Source: Candidatus Bathyarchaeota archaeon (GTDB taxonomy: Archaea > Thermoproteota > Bathyarchaeia > Bathyarchaeales > Bathycorpusculaceae). Taken from it: DNA of 28,542 bases. Under the pieces are notes generated by a model. The model did not search any database. It saw nothing but the letters and a program-made list of their open reading frames with translations, and was not told where the DNA came from. The position numbers and the translations under genes are program-made. The stretch lies in NCBI GenBank assembly GCA_030628925.1, contig DAOVQA010000001.1, forward strand, positions 1 to 28,542, in the 5' to 3' direction. Every line of letters begins with the position of its first letter. Position 1 is the first letter of the stretch. This document shows, piece after piece, positions 9,014 through 17,927 of this stretch.

Positions 9014-9115
9014 GCTCCGGTAGAAGAGTTTAATCAGCTCTACCGAATATAGCCCGGTTAAGTATTCCGGCCTTTCGAGCCGAAGACCCGGGTTCGAATC
9101 CCGGCCGGAGCACCA
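9014..9115 (+). tRNA. tRNA-Glu(UUC) with a 24-nt intron (9024-9047) between positions 10 and 11; CCA encoded
   Basis: Spliced sequence GCTCCGG TA GTA TAGCCCGGTTAAG TAT T CCGGC CTTTCGA GCCGA AGAC CCGGG TTCGAAT CCCGG CCGGAGC A CCA folds as a cloverleaf; anticodon TTC at 9074-9076; one C27-A43 mismatch. The intron forms a bulge-helix-bulge-type motif. Confidence 0.93.
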
Positions 9116-9265
9116 ACCCAAATGAAGTACAGATTAAGGTGAAAGCGCCATCACTATTTCTGCAGAACAGACAATGGTCTATTTAAAGCAAACGCCATCA
9201 CGTGTCATTTTGCAAAAACTTAAGAAGCCTGCATAAGTTAGTCTTTTAATCTGGAGTTTGTAAAG

Positions 9266-10801
9266 ATGGCTGAATCATTGGCTTCAAATTATAAAAAACT
9301 AATGGAAAAAGCAAAAAATCTCTTCATCCTACAGTCAGCAGCTGCAATCGTCCACTGGGACATGGAAACAAAGATGCCGCCTAAGGCAATTAGACTAAGA
9401 AGCCTACAGCTTGCTATGCTCAGTAAAATCGGACACAAAATGAGCACAGATCCTGAAATTGGAAAATTATTGGAAGAAATCATGCGACACCCAGAATACA
9501 ATAGTTTTAATGCTGTACAAAAGAGAAACGCATACCTAATTAAGAAGCACTATGATGAACAAACCAAGCTTCCCGAAGAACTTGTCGTTGAAACCGCAAA
9601 ACAACAAGCCATAACTATTGATATATGGAAGAAAGCGAAAGCCGCCAAAAACTTCTCTATGTTTAAGCCTGAACTTGAAAAGCTTCTCGACTTGAGAAAA
9701 AGAGCAGCAGAAATACTGATGAAAGTGAAAGAGACATCAACACCATACGATGCACTAGTAGACATTTTTGAACCGAAGATGAAAGCGGAATCAATCAGCA
9801 AAGTCTTCGCAGAACTAAGACAAGGCTTGATCTCGCTCATAAGGAAATGTGAGGTGGCTCCAAACCAGCCAGACATATCCATTCTGGAACGTCGAGTTCC
9901 CATTAACGTCCAACGTAGAATTGCGGGATCACTTGCTGAGTTCATCGGATATGACGTAAAGTCAAAGGAAGCTGGAGGTAGGATTGATGAGACCGAACAT
10001 CCTTTCACAACAGGATACTACGATGATGTGCGAATCACAACACACTACTACGAAGATAACTTCGCATCATCCATATTCTCAGTCCTGCACGAGGGAGGTC
10101 ACGCCCTTTATGAACAAAATCTAAAGCAAGAATGGATTTTCCAGCCAGTCGGCAAAGCATGCTCCTCAGGCTTCCATGAATCACAATCACGATCCATAGA
10201 AAACATAATAGGGAGATCACACGAATTCTGGAGCTACTTCCTGCCAAAACTCAAAGAACTCACAGGCAGCGTTCTTTCAGACGTGGACCTAGATAGGTTC
10301 GTTCACGCTGTTAACCAGGTCAAACCATCCAAGATTCGTGTTGAAGCAGACGAGGTCACCTATTGCCTTCACATCATTGTAAGATTCAACCTGGAACAAA
10401 GCTTGTTCGCTGACAAAATAACAGTAGCTGAACTTCCGCAAGTTTGGAACCAAACCTATAAGGAATATTTTGGTGTGGACATCGAAAACGATTCTGAAGG
10501 TGTCATGCAGGATATCCATTGGGCCAGCGGCGCATTCGGTTATTTCCCAAGCTATGCGCTAGGCAACATTTACAGCGGACAAATACTGGCTAACATGGAA
10601 AAAGAACTACCAAACTGGAAATCCCAACTCTCAAACGGCAACTTCCAAAACACAATACAGTGGTTAGCCAAAAATGTGCACAGCTACGGAAACCTCTACG
10701 ATCCACCAGACTTGATTAAAAGAATCACTGGGGAAGAACTAAACGTTAAACCATACTTCAATTATCTAAACAAGAAGTATTCGGAACTCTATGGCTTCTA
10801 A
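9266..10801 (+). CDS. Carboxypeptidase, M32 family (Taq-type)
   Basis: HEXXH (LHEGGH), HESQS, IRVEADE, QDIHW and GYFPSYALG motifs; 511 aa. Confidence 0.96.
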   Translation: MAESLASNYKKLMEKAKNLFILQSAAAIVHWDMETKMPPKAIRLRSLQLAMLSKIGHKMSTDPEIGKLLEEIMRHPEYNSFNAVQKRNAYLIKKHYDEQTKLPEELVVETAKQQAITIDIWKKAKAAKNFSMFKPELEKLLDLRKRAAEILMKVKETSTPYDALVDIFEPKMKAESISKVFAELRQGLISLIRKCEVAPNQPDISILERRVPINVQRRIAGSLAEFIGYDVKSKEAGGRIDETEHPFTTGYYDDVRITTHYYEDNFASSIFSVLHEGGHALYEQNLKQEWIFQPVGKACSSGFHESQSRSIENIIGRSHEFWSYFLPKLKELTGSVLSDVDLDRFVHAVNQVKPSKIRVEADEVTYCLHIIVRFNLEQSLFADKITVAELPQVWNQTYKEYFGVDIENDSEGVMQDIHWASGAFGYFPSYALGNIYSGQILANMEKELPNWKSQLSNGNFQNTIQWLAKNVHSYGNLYDPPDLIKRITGEELNVKPYFNYLNKKYSELYGF

Positions 10802-10989
10802 CCATCACCCTTCTTCTTCAAACTTTTTAAAATATCCCAGATTACAAGAACTATCTTCACAATAATACCAGCAACTACAAGGCACACCCCAGCCCAACCA
10901 ACCAATGCAACATAACAGTTAGCACCATAAAGAAACAAAACAAACCCCATAACTACTGAACACAGGCAAACCAAATCTTTCCACGACAC
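10798..10989 (-). CDS. Small two-TM membrane protein of unknown function
   Basis: Two hydrophobic segments flanking GAN.Y..LVGW and a basic C-terminus. Probable start is GTG 10989 (MSWKDLV...); the ORF track extends it to 11058. Confidence 0.6.
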   Translation of the reverse strand: MSWKDLVCLCSVVMGFVLFLYGANCYVALVGWAGVCLVVAGIIVKIVLVIWDILKSLKKKGDG

Positions 10990-11305
10990 ATTGCACACCC
11001 CAAGAGCTTCAATTTCAAACTTTTGAAGCTCTCGACATATATAGACTTTACTTATCAATCAACAGCTTCCTTCTACTCAACATAAAAGCCCACAATAAAA
11101 CATCTACAACACATCAGGACTGCTACAAAACCTTGCTCTCCGAAAAAAAAGTCCGACACATTCATTTCGAAACATCTGCAGCAAAACATCAAAAGACAGA
11201 ACACCCGACAACAAAACCAGAAAACTACAACAACAGAGGTAGGATAGCAAACATTGCCTACACAAACTAGCTAAAACGCCGTATTACCGCCGCGAACCCG
11301 ACACG

Positions 11306-11340
11306 TTTATATACAACCCTTCTCACACCCTTCTCAGGGT
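11306..11340 (+). promoter_or_regulatory. TATA box (TTTATATA) followed by a tandem 10-bp direct repeat and an overlapping inverted repeat
   Basis: TATA at 11306-11313; ACCCTTCTCA at 11316-11325 and 11327-11336; ACCCT-N4-AGGGT at 11327-11340. Confidence 0.65.
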
Positions 11341-11348
11341 AGAGTTGA

Positions 11349-12806
11349 ATGTCGGAACAGGATATAAAGAAGCCGGAAAACAAGGAGGAATTCACGAAAG
11401 TGTTAATGACCATCGCGAAAAAAGAGTCAGAAGCCCGCAGCTTCCTAAAGGGAAGGCCGACAAAACCTACAATTTCCGGCACAGCCAAATTGATGAACAT
11501 ACACAGAGATACTCTTTATACATGGCTTAAGGAGTTCAACGTCGACTTTAAAAGGATAGCTGACGTTGTATCGACAGCTCAAGCGATAGAAACTGTCGGA
11601 ACCCCTAGAAAGCATATCTATCTAATCGGAGAAGCTTTGATGGGACAGGGAAACGAGGTTGCCCACATAGACCTGTTAATAGGGGATAAAGAAGGCCCTG
11701 TCGGAGAAGCCTTCGCCACCGGCATATCCAACCTTTCCAAAGGACACACACCACTCCTAGCTGTTATACGACCAAACTTACCCCCTAAACCGCACACACT
11801 ACTTGTCCCAAAAGTCACCATAAAGAACACAGAAGACACAAACAAGATCTTTGGCCCAGCACAGGCAGCAGTCGCGAAGGCTGTTGCAGATTCTGTTGAA
11901 GAGGGACTAATTCCAAAAGACAAAGTAGATGATTGGGTCATAATATGCAGCGTTTTCATGCATCCAAAAGCAAAGGACTACCGAAAAATCTACCACTACA
12001 ATTATGGAGCAACCAAGCTAGCTCTGAAAAGAGCGTTAACAAACTATCCACCCTTAGAAAAGATCCTATATGACAAGGACAGAGCTAAACACCCGATAAT
12101 GGGATTCAAAGTGCCACGCCTATGGAGACCACCATACCTACAGATCGCACTCGACATACCAGATTTAAGACGAAACAAGAAAATCATAGCCTCACTTCCA
12201 AAGAGCGACAGAATAATACTTGAGATGGGTACACCCCTCATAAAAAGATATGGAACAAAAGTGATAAGCGAAATGAGAGAAGATGCCAGAGACTTATTCT
12301 TCGTTGCAGACCTAAAAACCCTAGATGTTGGTAAAGTTGAGGTTGACCTAGCCTACGAGGAAACAGCAGACGCAGTTGTTGCCGCCGGATTGGCACCCGT
12401 TGAAACATTAAATGCCTTTATCCACGAAGCAAAAAGACTTGGAATATACGCAGTGGTAGACATGTTAAATATGCAAGATCCAATCAGAAAACTCAGAATG
12501 CTTAAGGAATTCCCTGACATAGTGATTTTACACAGGGGAATAGATCAGGAAACCGGAAGAACCCTTGGCTTAGAACTCATTGAGGAACTACGGCAAGCCT
12601 TTAAGGACAGGAAATTCCTTATCGCCGTTGCAGGTGGAATAGTGCCGGAAACCGCAAAAGAAGCTCTACAAAAAGGAGCAGACATACTCATTGTTGGAAG
12701 GTTTGTGACACAATCTAGGGATGTTGAACGAGCTGTAAGAGAACTCCTTGAACTGACGCCTGAAATGCAAAAAGATATCGACTTATTCAGAGTACATGTA
12801 GAGTAA
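11349..12806 (+). CDS. fae-hps: Bifunctional formaldehyde-activating enzyme / 3-hexulose-6-phosphate synthase with an extra N-terminal HTH domain
   Basis: Fae motifs GEAL.G.GNEVAHIDLLIG and GPAQAAVAKAVADSV; Hps motifs LQIALD, E.GTPLIK, DLKTLD.G, HRGID and AVAGGI. Residues 1-89 form an extension containing TISGTAKLMNIHRDTLYTWLKEF. Confidence 0.93.
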   Translation: MSEQDIKKPENKEEFTKVLMTIAKKESEARSFLKGRPTKPTISGTAKLMNIHRDTLYTWLKEFNVDFKRIADVVSTAQAIETVGTPRKHIYLIGEALMGQGNEVAHIDLLIGDKEGPVGEAFATGISNLSKGHTPLLAVIRPNLPPKPHTLLVPKVTIKNTEDTNKIFGPAQAAVAKAVADSVEEGLIPKDKVDDWVIICSVFMHPKAKDYRKIYHYNYGATKLALKRALTNYPPLEKILYDKDRAKHPIMGFKVPRLWRPPYLQIALDIPDLRRNKKIIASLPKSDRIILEMGTPLIKRYGTKVISEMREDARDLFFVADLKTLDVGKVEVDLAYEETADAVVAAGLAPVETLNAFIHEAKRLGIYAVVDMLNMQDPIRKLRMLKEFPDIVILHRGIDQETGRTLGLELIEELRQAFKDRKFLIAVAGGIVPETAKEALQKGADILIVGRFVTQSRDVERAVRELLELTPEMQKDIDLFRVHVE

Positions 12807-12882
12807 CTGTTCGCCAGAAAATTTTCATAAATCCTTAATAGAGAGATTCCCAACTTTCATAACACTACTGGAGAGTTCACGT

Positions 12883-13305
12883 TTGGCTAAGTTCAAAATA
12901 ATCATTTCAGACCCCGATTCTGGAACTTCAAAAACTGTTGAATTAGAAGAAAACCGCACTGTCCCATTAATCGGAAGAAAACTAGGCGAAGTATTAGATG
13001 GAACAATAGTAGGTTTAACGGGACACAAACTGCGTATAACTGGAGGCTCGGATAAAGATGGGTTTCCAATGAGACCAAGCGTTCACGGTGGAGTTCGGAG
13101 AAAAATCATATTAGGCGGAGGGGTAGGCTTCAAGCCAAAGGATGAAGGAGAAAGAAGAAGGAAAACGGTTCGCGGAAACACAATAACAGATGAAATAGTG
13201 CAAATCAACATGAAAATAGTTGAAAAACCAAAGCAAACGAAAGAACAGAAAAAAAAGCAAACAAAAGAGGAAACACCTAAAGAAGAAGCTGAAACTAAGG
13301 ATTAG
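12883..13305 (+). CDS. rps6e: 30S ribosomal protein S6e
   Basis: FKIIISDP and ITGGSDKDGFPMR...G.RRRKTVRGN; charged C-terminal tail; TTG start. Confidence 0.97.
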   Translation: MAKFKIIISDPDSGTSKTVELEENRTVPLIGRKLGEVLDGTIVGLTGHKLRITGGSDKDGFPMRPSVHGGVRRKIILGGGVGFKPKDEGERRRKTVRGNTITDEIVQINMKIVEKPKQTKEQKKKQTKEETPKEEAETKD

Positions 13306-13368
13306 AACTATTTGACTCGCAAAATATAATCCTTTCAACAACCCATAAATACTTGAGGAAAAACCGAA

Positions 13369-14622
13369 ATGAGCAGAAAAAAAAGCAAAGCCTTATCAAA
13401 GCAACCTAAAGCAAACATCGGCACCATAGGTCATGTTGACCATGGCAAAACAACACTGGTGCAGGCATTAACAGGTATATGGGCAGCAAGACACAGTGAG
13501 GAGTTGAAAAGAGGCATAACAATAAGATTAGGATATGCAGACATGTTCATTTATAAATGCCAAGAATGCGAACCTCCGAAAAACTATTCAACAAAACCCG
13601 TCTGTCCTCATTGCAATTCAAAAACAACGCTCATCAGAACAGTCAGCTTTGTAGATGCACCGGGCCATGAAGCATTAATGGCGACAATGCTCTCAGGAGC
13701 CGCAATAATGGACGGAGCAATACTTGTGATAGCAGCAGACGAACCTTGCCCTCAACCACAAACGAGAGAGCACTTAGCAGCCGCAGAAATCGTCGGCATA
13801 AAAAACATCATTATCGCACAGAATAAGATTGACATCGTTAATGAGACAAGAGCACACGAAAGTTATGAAGAAATCAAGAACTTTATCAAGGGAACTATTG
13901 CTGAAAACGCTCCCATAATTCCCATTTCAGCACAACGAGCAGTAAATATGGATGTTCTCATTCAAGCCTTAGAAGAGTTTATTCCTACCCCAAAGAGAGA
14001 TGAAGCAAAACCTCCGTTGATGTACGTGGTCCGCTCATTCGACGTAAACAAGCCAGGCACCGCAGTGAAAGAACTGGAAGGAGGAGTTATCGGTGGCACA
14101 ATACTACAAGGCAAATTCACGGTTGGAGAAGAAATAGAGATTAACCCAGGAATCAGTACAGAAAAAGAAGGGAAAAAAATCTACAATCCTCTGATTAGCA
14201 AGATTACCAGCTTGCACGCAGGAGGAAGAAGCATAAAGGAAGCTCCCTGCGGCGGATTGATAGGAGTAGGAACCCTTCTGGACCCCTCATTTTCAAAAGC
14301 AGATGGACTAACAGGCAACGTAGCTGGAAGAAAAAATGAGCTACCCCCAACGTTCTCAGAATTAACCTTAGAGACACATATTCTTGAGCGAGCTGTAGGA
14401 ACAAAAGAACTCGTGAAAATCGAGAAAATAAAGATGGGGGAGACATTACTTCAACATGTAGGCTCAGCAATAACCGTTGGAAAAGTCACCTCCATAAAGA
14501 AAAACGCCATCGAAGTTCAGCTTACTACAAGACCAGTCTGTGCACAAATAGGATCAAGAGTTGCAATAAGTAGAAAAATAGCGGGCAGATGGAGACTAAT
14601 TGGATATGGAATGATAAAGTAA
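13369..14622 (+). CDS. eif2g: Translation initiation factor 2 gamma subunit (aIF2gamma)
   Basis: GHVDHGKTT, RGITIRLGY, Zn knuckle (CQEC...CPHC), DAPGH, NKID and WRLIGYG. Confidence 0.98.
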   Translation: MSRKKSKALSKQPKANIGTIGHVDHGKTTLVQALTGIWAARHSEELKRGITIRLGYADMFIYKCQECEPPKNYSTKPVCPHCNSKTTLIRTVSFVDAPGHEALMATMLSGAAIMDGAILVIAADEPCPQPQTREHLAAAEIVGIKNIIIAQNKIDIVNETRAHESYEEIKNFIKGTIAENAPIIPISAQRAVNMDVLIQALEEFIPTPKRDEAKPPLMYVVRSFDVNKPGTAVKELEGGVIGGTILQGKFTVGEEIEINPGISTEKEGKKIYNPLISKITSLHAGGRSIKEAPCGGLIGVGTLLDPSFSKADGLTGNVAGRKNELPPTFSELTLETHILERAVGTKELVKIEKIKMGETLLQHVGSAITVGKVTSIKKNAIEVQLTTRPVCAQIGSRVAISRKIAGRWRLIGYGMIK

Positions 14623-14623
14623 C

Positions 14624-15052
14624 ATGCCGCAAGAATCCAAACCTGTAAAGAAAACTTTGAAAATAATTTTGGACTCGAACGCTCTATTTGTTCCACTTCA
14701 GTTTAAAATAGATATCTTTGAGGAATTAACAAAGCTCTTGAACATGAAGTTTGAGTTAATTCTACTTTCGCCAATTCGACGCGAGCTTGAAAGGCTTGCG
14801 ACAAACGGTTCACCGAAAACGCGGAAAAACGCCTCCTACGCCTTGAAAATATCTGAAAAATGCAGGTTGATTGAATTGAACGAGCGAACCGCGGGGTTCT
14901 CTCCAGACGATGCCATTTTTCAAGTGGCACACGAGTGGAAGAGCCCGGTGTTCACAAATGATAGAGAGCTTAGGAAAAAGCTAAGAGATATAAACGTGCC
15001 AGTTATTTATGTGAGAGAAAAGTCACGTTTAGTAATTAACGGGAGGACATAA
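14624..15052 (+). CDS. PIN-domain protein (Fcf1/Utp24-like)
   Basis: IILDSNAL, ELE, DD.I and VFTND.ELR motifs; conserved position between eif2g and rpoE1. Confidence 0.9.
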   Translation: MPQESKPVKKTLKIILDSNALFVPLQFKIDIFEELTKLLNMKFELILLSPIRRELERLATNGSPKTRKNASYALKISEKCRLIELNERTAGFSPDDAIFQVAHEWKSPVFTNDRELRKKLRDINVPVIYVREKSRLVINGRT

Positions 15053-15056
15053 ACTT

Positions 15057-15668
15057 TTGTTTAGACTTATAACCCTTGAGGATACAATTCGCATTCCACC
15101 TGAAACTTTCGGTAATCCTTTAGAGGCTGTAGGACATCAGCAGGTTAGGGCAAAATATGAGGGCATTGTTGGTGAAGAATTAGGCTACGTTATAGCAGTG
15201 ACAGATGTGAAGGTAAGCCCAGTTGGCAAAATAATTCCCGGAGATGGAGCTACCTACCATAAAGTAAGCTTTTCTTTACTGACGTACTACCCAAAAATTC
15301 AAGAAGTGGTCGAAGGAGAAGTTGTTGAGATAGCTGATTTTGGAGCCTTTATACGTATAGGCCCAATTGACGCGTTACTTCATGTTTCGCAGCTTATGGA
15401 TGATTTCATCTCCTATGACGAAAAACAAGGCGTTCTAATAGGCAAGGAAACAAAAAAGAAGCTAACCAGCGGAGATCAGGTTCGTACTCGAATAACAGCG
15501 GTTTCACTTGGTAGAGCCGGAAGCTCTGGAAAAATAGGCGTAACAGCCAGACAACCTTTCCTTGGCAAGCTAGAATGGATCGAGCATAAAGTGCAGAAAA
15601 TAAGGGATAACCTGAAGGAAAAACCGTCGAAGGAACAAAACCAGAAGGAAGATGCATCGAATGACTGA
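15057..15668 (+). CDS. rpoE1: RNA polymerase subunit E' (Rpo7)
   Basis: DTIRIPP, GDGATYH, S1 domain FGAFIRIGPIDALLHVSQ and RQPFLGKLEWI. Confidence 0.97.
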   Translation: MFRLITLEDTIRIPPETFGNPLEAVGHQQVRAKYEGIVGEELGYVIAVTDVKVSPVGKIIPGDGATYHKVSFSLLTYYPKIQEVVEGEVVEIADFGAFIRIGPIDALLHVSQLMDDFISYDEKQGVLIGKETKKKLTSGDQVRTRITAVSLGRAGSSGKIGVTARQPFLGKLEWIEHKVQKIRDNLKEKPSKEQNQKEDASND

Positions 15669-15846
15669 AAAAGCTTGCACAACTTGTCGCCTCATAGTAA
15701 CCGGAAACGTCTGCCCAAGATGTAAAACGTCAACCCTAAGCGATGACTTCAGCGGATTAATCATAATATTTGACCCAGAAGAATCAGCAATAGCGAAAGT
15801 CATAAACATCGAAAAGAAAGGACGTTATGCCCTAAAGGTTAGGTAA
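15661..15846 (+). CDS. spt4: Transcription elongation factor Spt4 (RpoE'')
   Basis: ACTTC...CPRC Zn ribbon, S.IAK and G.YALKVR; start at ATG 15661. Confidence 0.96.
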   Translation: MTEKACTTCRLIVTGNVCPRCKTSTLSDDFSGLIIIFDPEESAIAKVINIEKKGRYALKVR

Positions 15847-15847
15847 A

Positions 15848-16438
15848 ATGACCACCCGGTACTTACTTACACCGGAACTTCGAAAAAGACTTCAGAAACC
15901 TATTGGCACACTTTTTCGAGGCTCACCCAAAGAAACAATAAGGAAACTCAAGGATTTAACAGACCAAGAAAACCCGCCGATGATAATTTCCGTAGGAGAT
16001 AGCATTTCCAAAAACCTCACAAGAAGCAACATTTTCCCGAAGTTATCCATCGTGGACAACAAAGTCATGAGAAGAAAAATACAGCCAATTACACTCAAAG
16101 CAGACAAGACTCTATACGCCAGAAATCCTCCAGGAACAATAACAGACGAAGCAATAACAACAATAAAAGAAGCAATAAAGCATGATGGTCACGTAAAAAT
16201 AGTTGTAGACGGAGAGGAGGACTTGCTTACGCTTGTTGCTGCTTTGTATGCACCGGAAAACTCTTTTGTCGTTTACGGTCAACCACTTGAAGGCATAGTT
16301 GTGGTTAAGGTTACAAATCAGAAGAAGAAGGAGGTAACCGAAATCATGAAAGCCATGGAAAAATTCGAAAAACTAAATAACGAGGAAACATATCAAGTCA
16401 ACACCGCATCTGAGGAAAAACCATGGAAATCAAAATAG
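15848..16438 (+). CDS. GTP-dependent dephospho-CoA kinase (DUF359 family)
   Basis: L.KPIG, VGD, IVDNK, NPPGTIT, V.GEEDLL and YGQP.EG.V motifs; conserved position after spt4. Confidence 0.93.
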   Translation: MTTRYLLTPELRKRLQKPIGTLFRGSPKETIRKLKDLTDQENPPMIISVGDSISKNLTRSNIFPKLSIVDNKVMRRKIQPITLKADKTLYARNPPGTITDEAITTIKEAIKHDGHVKIVVDGEEDLLTLVAALYAPENSFVVYGQPLEGIVVVKVTNQKKKEVTEIMKAMEKFEKLNNEETYQVNTASEEKPWKSK

Positions 16439-16740
16439 TATCAGAGAAAGAAAACCCATTACTAAAACGGAGAGAAATACACTTCCAAGTAAAACATGAG
16501 CAAAACGGCAGCACACCACCACGACTAGAATTTAGAAAAGCAATTGCCAACAAATTAAAGGCTAAAGTTGACCTAGTTTTTGTCAAAAAAATAGAAACCA
16601 AAACAGGCACGCATACAGCTGTTGGACTAGTAAATGTTTACGACTCCGTAGACCAAGCGAAACTTGTTGAACCAGAATATATCATTAAAAGGAACACACC
16701 ACCTGAAAAACCAGCAGAACCAGAAGAAGGAAAAGAGTAG
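16423..16740 (+). CDS. rps24e: 30S ribosomal protein S24e
   Basis: MEIKI..EKENPLLKRREI.F and TPPR motifs. Confidence 0.97.
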   Translation: MEIKIVSEKENPLLKRREIHFQVKHEQNGSTPPRLEFRKAIANKLKAKVDLVFVKKIETKTGTHTAVGLVNVYDSVDQAKLVEPEYIIKRNTPPEKPAEPEEGKE

Positions 16741-16741
16741 A

Positions 16742-16978
16742 ATGTCAGACAACATGGAAAAACCTAGAGAAAAGGAAGAAAAAGGGAAAACGGAGAAACG
16801 AAAGAAAAAAGAGAAAAAGATTTCCTCGCTTTACAAAACAGAAAACGACCAAATCACAAGGCTGCGACCTACATGTGAGCGATGTGGACCTGGATATTTC
16901 ATGGCAGATCACGGAAACAGATACACCTGTGGACACTGCGGCTTTACACGTTACAAACCTGCCGAAAACAAGAAATAA
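16742..16978 (+). CDS. rps27ae: 30S ribosomal protein S27ae
   Basis: CERCGPGYFMADH..RYTCGHCGFT Zn finger with a Lys-rich N-terminus; start at ATG 16742 (or 16754). Confidence 0.95.
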   Translation: MSDNMEKPREKEEKGKTEKRKKKEKKISSLYKTENDQITRLRPTCERCGPGYFMADHGNRYTCGHCGFTRYKPAENKK

Positions 16979-17022
16979 ACACCTTTAAATTACTCGTCAC
17001 AATGATAGATTTGATGGTTTGA

Positions 17023-17445
17023 ATGATTAGGGTGAACATTTCCATAACGAATGTTTCTGCTGAAAGATTTTGGGGCGCTCAAAAACCTATACCACCAATT
17101 AAAATAAACACAAACCTTAACCTAGTTGCCATAGAAAAAGAAAAGGAATTTCTAGAGGTGCCCTTTGTTTTAACAGTCAACTACAACCCCTCCATAGCTC
17201 AGATAAGTCTTAAGGGAAAAGCGTTTGTGACAGGAACCAAAGAAGAGATTGACGAAATCTACCACGGACACAAGGAAAAAAAACCGCCACCCCAAGTTAT
17301 AGTGCAGTCAATTTCCAACGTTGTCTTTGTGGAATCTGTATTGATATCCAGAACACTGAACATTCCTCCACCCATTCCTTTGCCTAAAATCCCAACCAGA
17401 AAAACGTCAGAAAAGAAGCCTTCAAAGTTAGATTACAGCACTTGA
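17023..17445 (+). CDS. Conserved archaeal hypothetical protein, possibly SecB-like fold
   Basis: Alternating beta-strand pattern, then a helix and a C-terminal NIPPPIPLP motif. It has its own TTTAAATT box at about 16985-16992. The fold assignment is recollection, not computed. Confidence 0.7.
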   Translation: MIRVNISITNVSAERFWGAQKPIPPIKINTNLNLVAIEKEKEFLEVPFVLTVNYNPSIAQISLKGKAFVTGTKEEIDEIYHGHKEKKPPPQVIVQSISNVVFVESVLISRTLNIPPPIPLPKIPTRKTSEKKPSKLDYST

Positions 17446-17464
17446 AACGTTTTTTATTGTTCTT

Positions 17465-17869
17465 TTACTTCAATGGAACATACATGGAAGAGCGAGATGC
17501 GCCGATTCCAGGTGTTCCATGCCTTACAGGTCTGTTAGTTATCGCGAATTCCCCTAAGTAGTGCCCAAGCATTCCCGGTTTTAGCTCTACCGAAACGAAG
17601 TCTTTGCCGTTGTGAACGAGAATTGTCAGACCGATCATTTCAGGTAGGATAATCATGTCGCGTATGTGGGACTTAACCGTCACATTGCTTCCTTTTTTAA
17701 TAGCCTCTCTTGCCATTCTTGACTTTTCAAGCAGCATTCTCTGTTCCGGTGTCAAACCTCGCTGAAGGCTTCTCCTCTGTCTCGATGGAAGCAAGTTTAT
17801 GAATTCATCCATTGACATACCCTGTAGTTGATCAATGGTATATCCGCGGTACACAAATTTCTTCGGCAT
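17465..17869 (-). CDS. rps19p: 30S ribosomal protein S19 (uS19)
   Basis: [27 protein letters not shown] and GHYLGEF. Confidence 0.98.
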   Translation of the reverse strand: MPKKFVYRGYTIDQLQGMSMDEFINLLPSRQRRSLQRGLTPEQRMLLEKSRMAREAIKKGSNVTVKSHIRDMIILPEMIGLTILVHNGKDFVSVELKPGMLGHYLGEFAITNRPVRHGTPGIGASRSSMYVPLK

Positions 17870-17927
17870 TTTTTCTCAACCTATTTTGACGTTGAAATGC
17901 TATAAACCTTCCGAAAAGTGATTAAGT

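Noticed and set aside
8999-9019. A second 15-nt tRNA intron in the acceptor stem, created by the GCTCCG direct repeat
   Set aside because: I tested junctions 3/4 to 6/7 by hand and none gives a 4-bp central helix. The one register that pairs (GCUC/GGGC) would leave an acceptor strand 2 nt too long.
11059-11300. Strongly A/C-skewed intergenic stretch
   Set aside because: No repeat unit, stable structure or credible ORF on either strand; similar skew occurs in the adjacent sequence.
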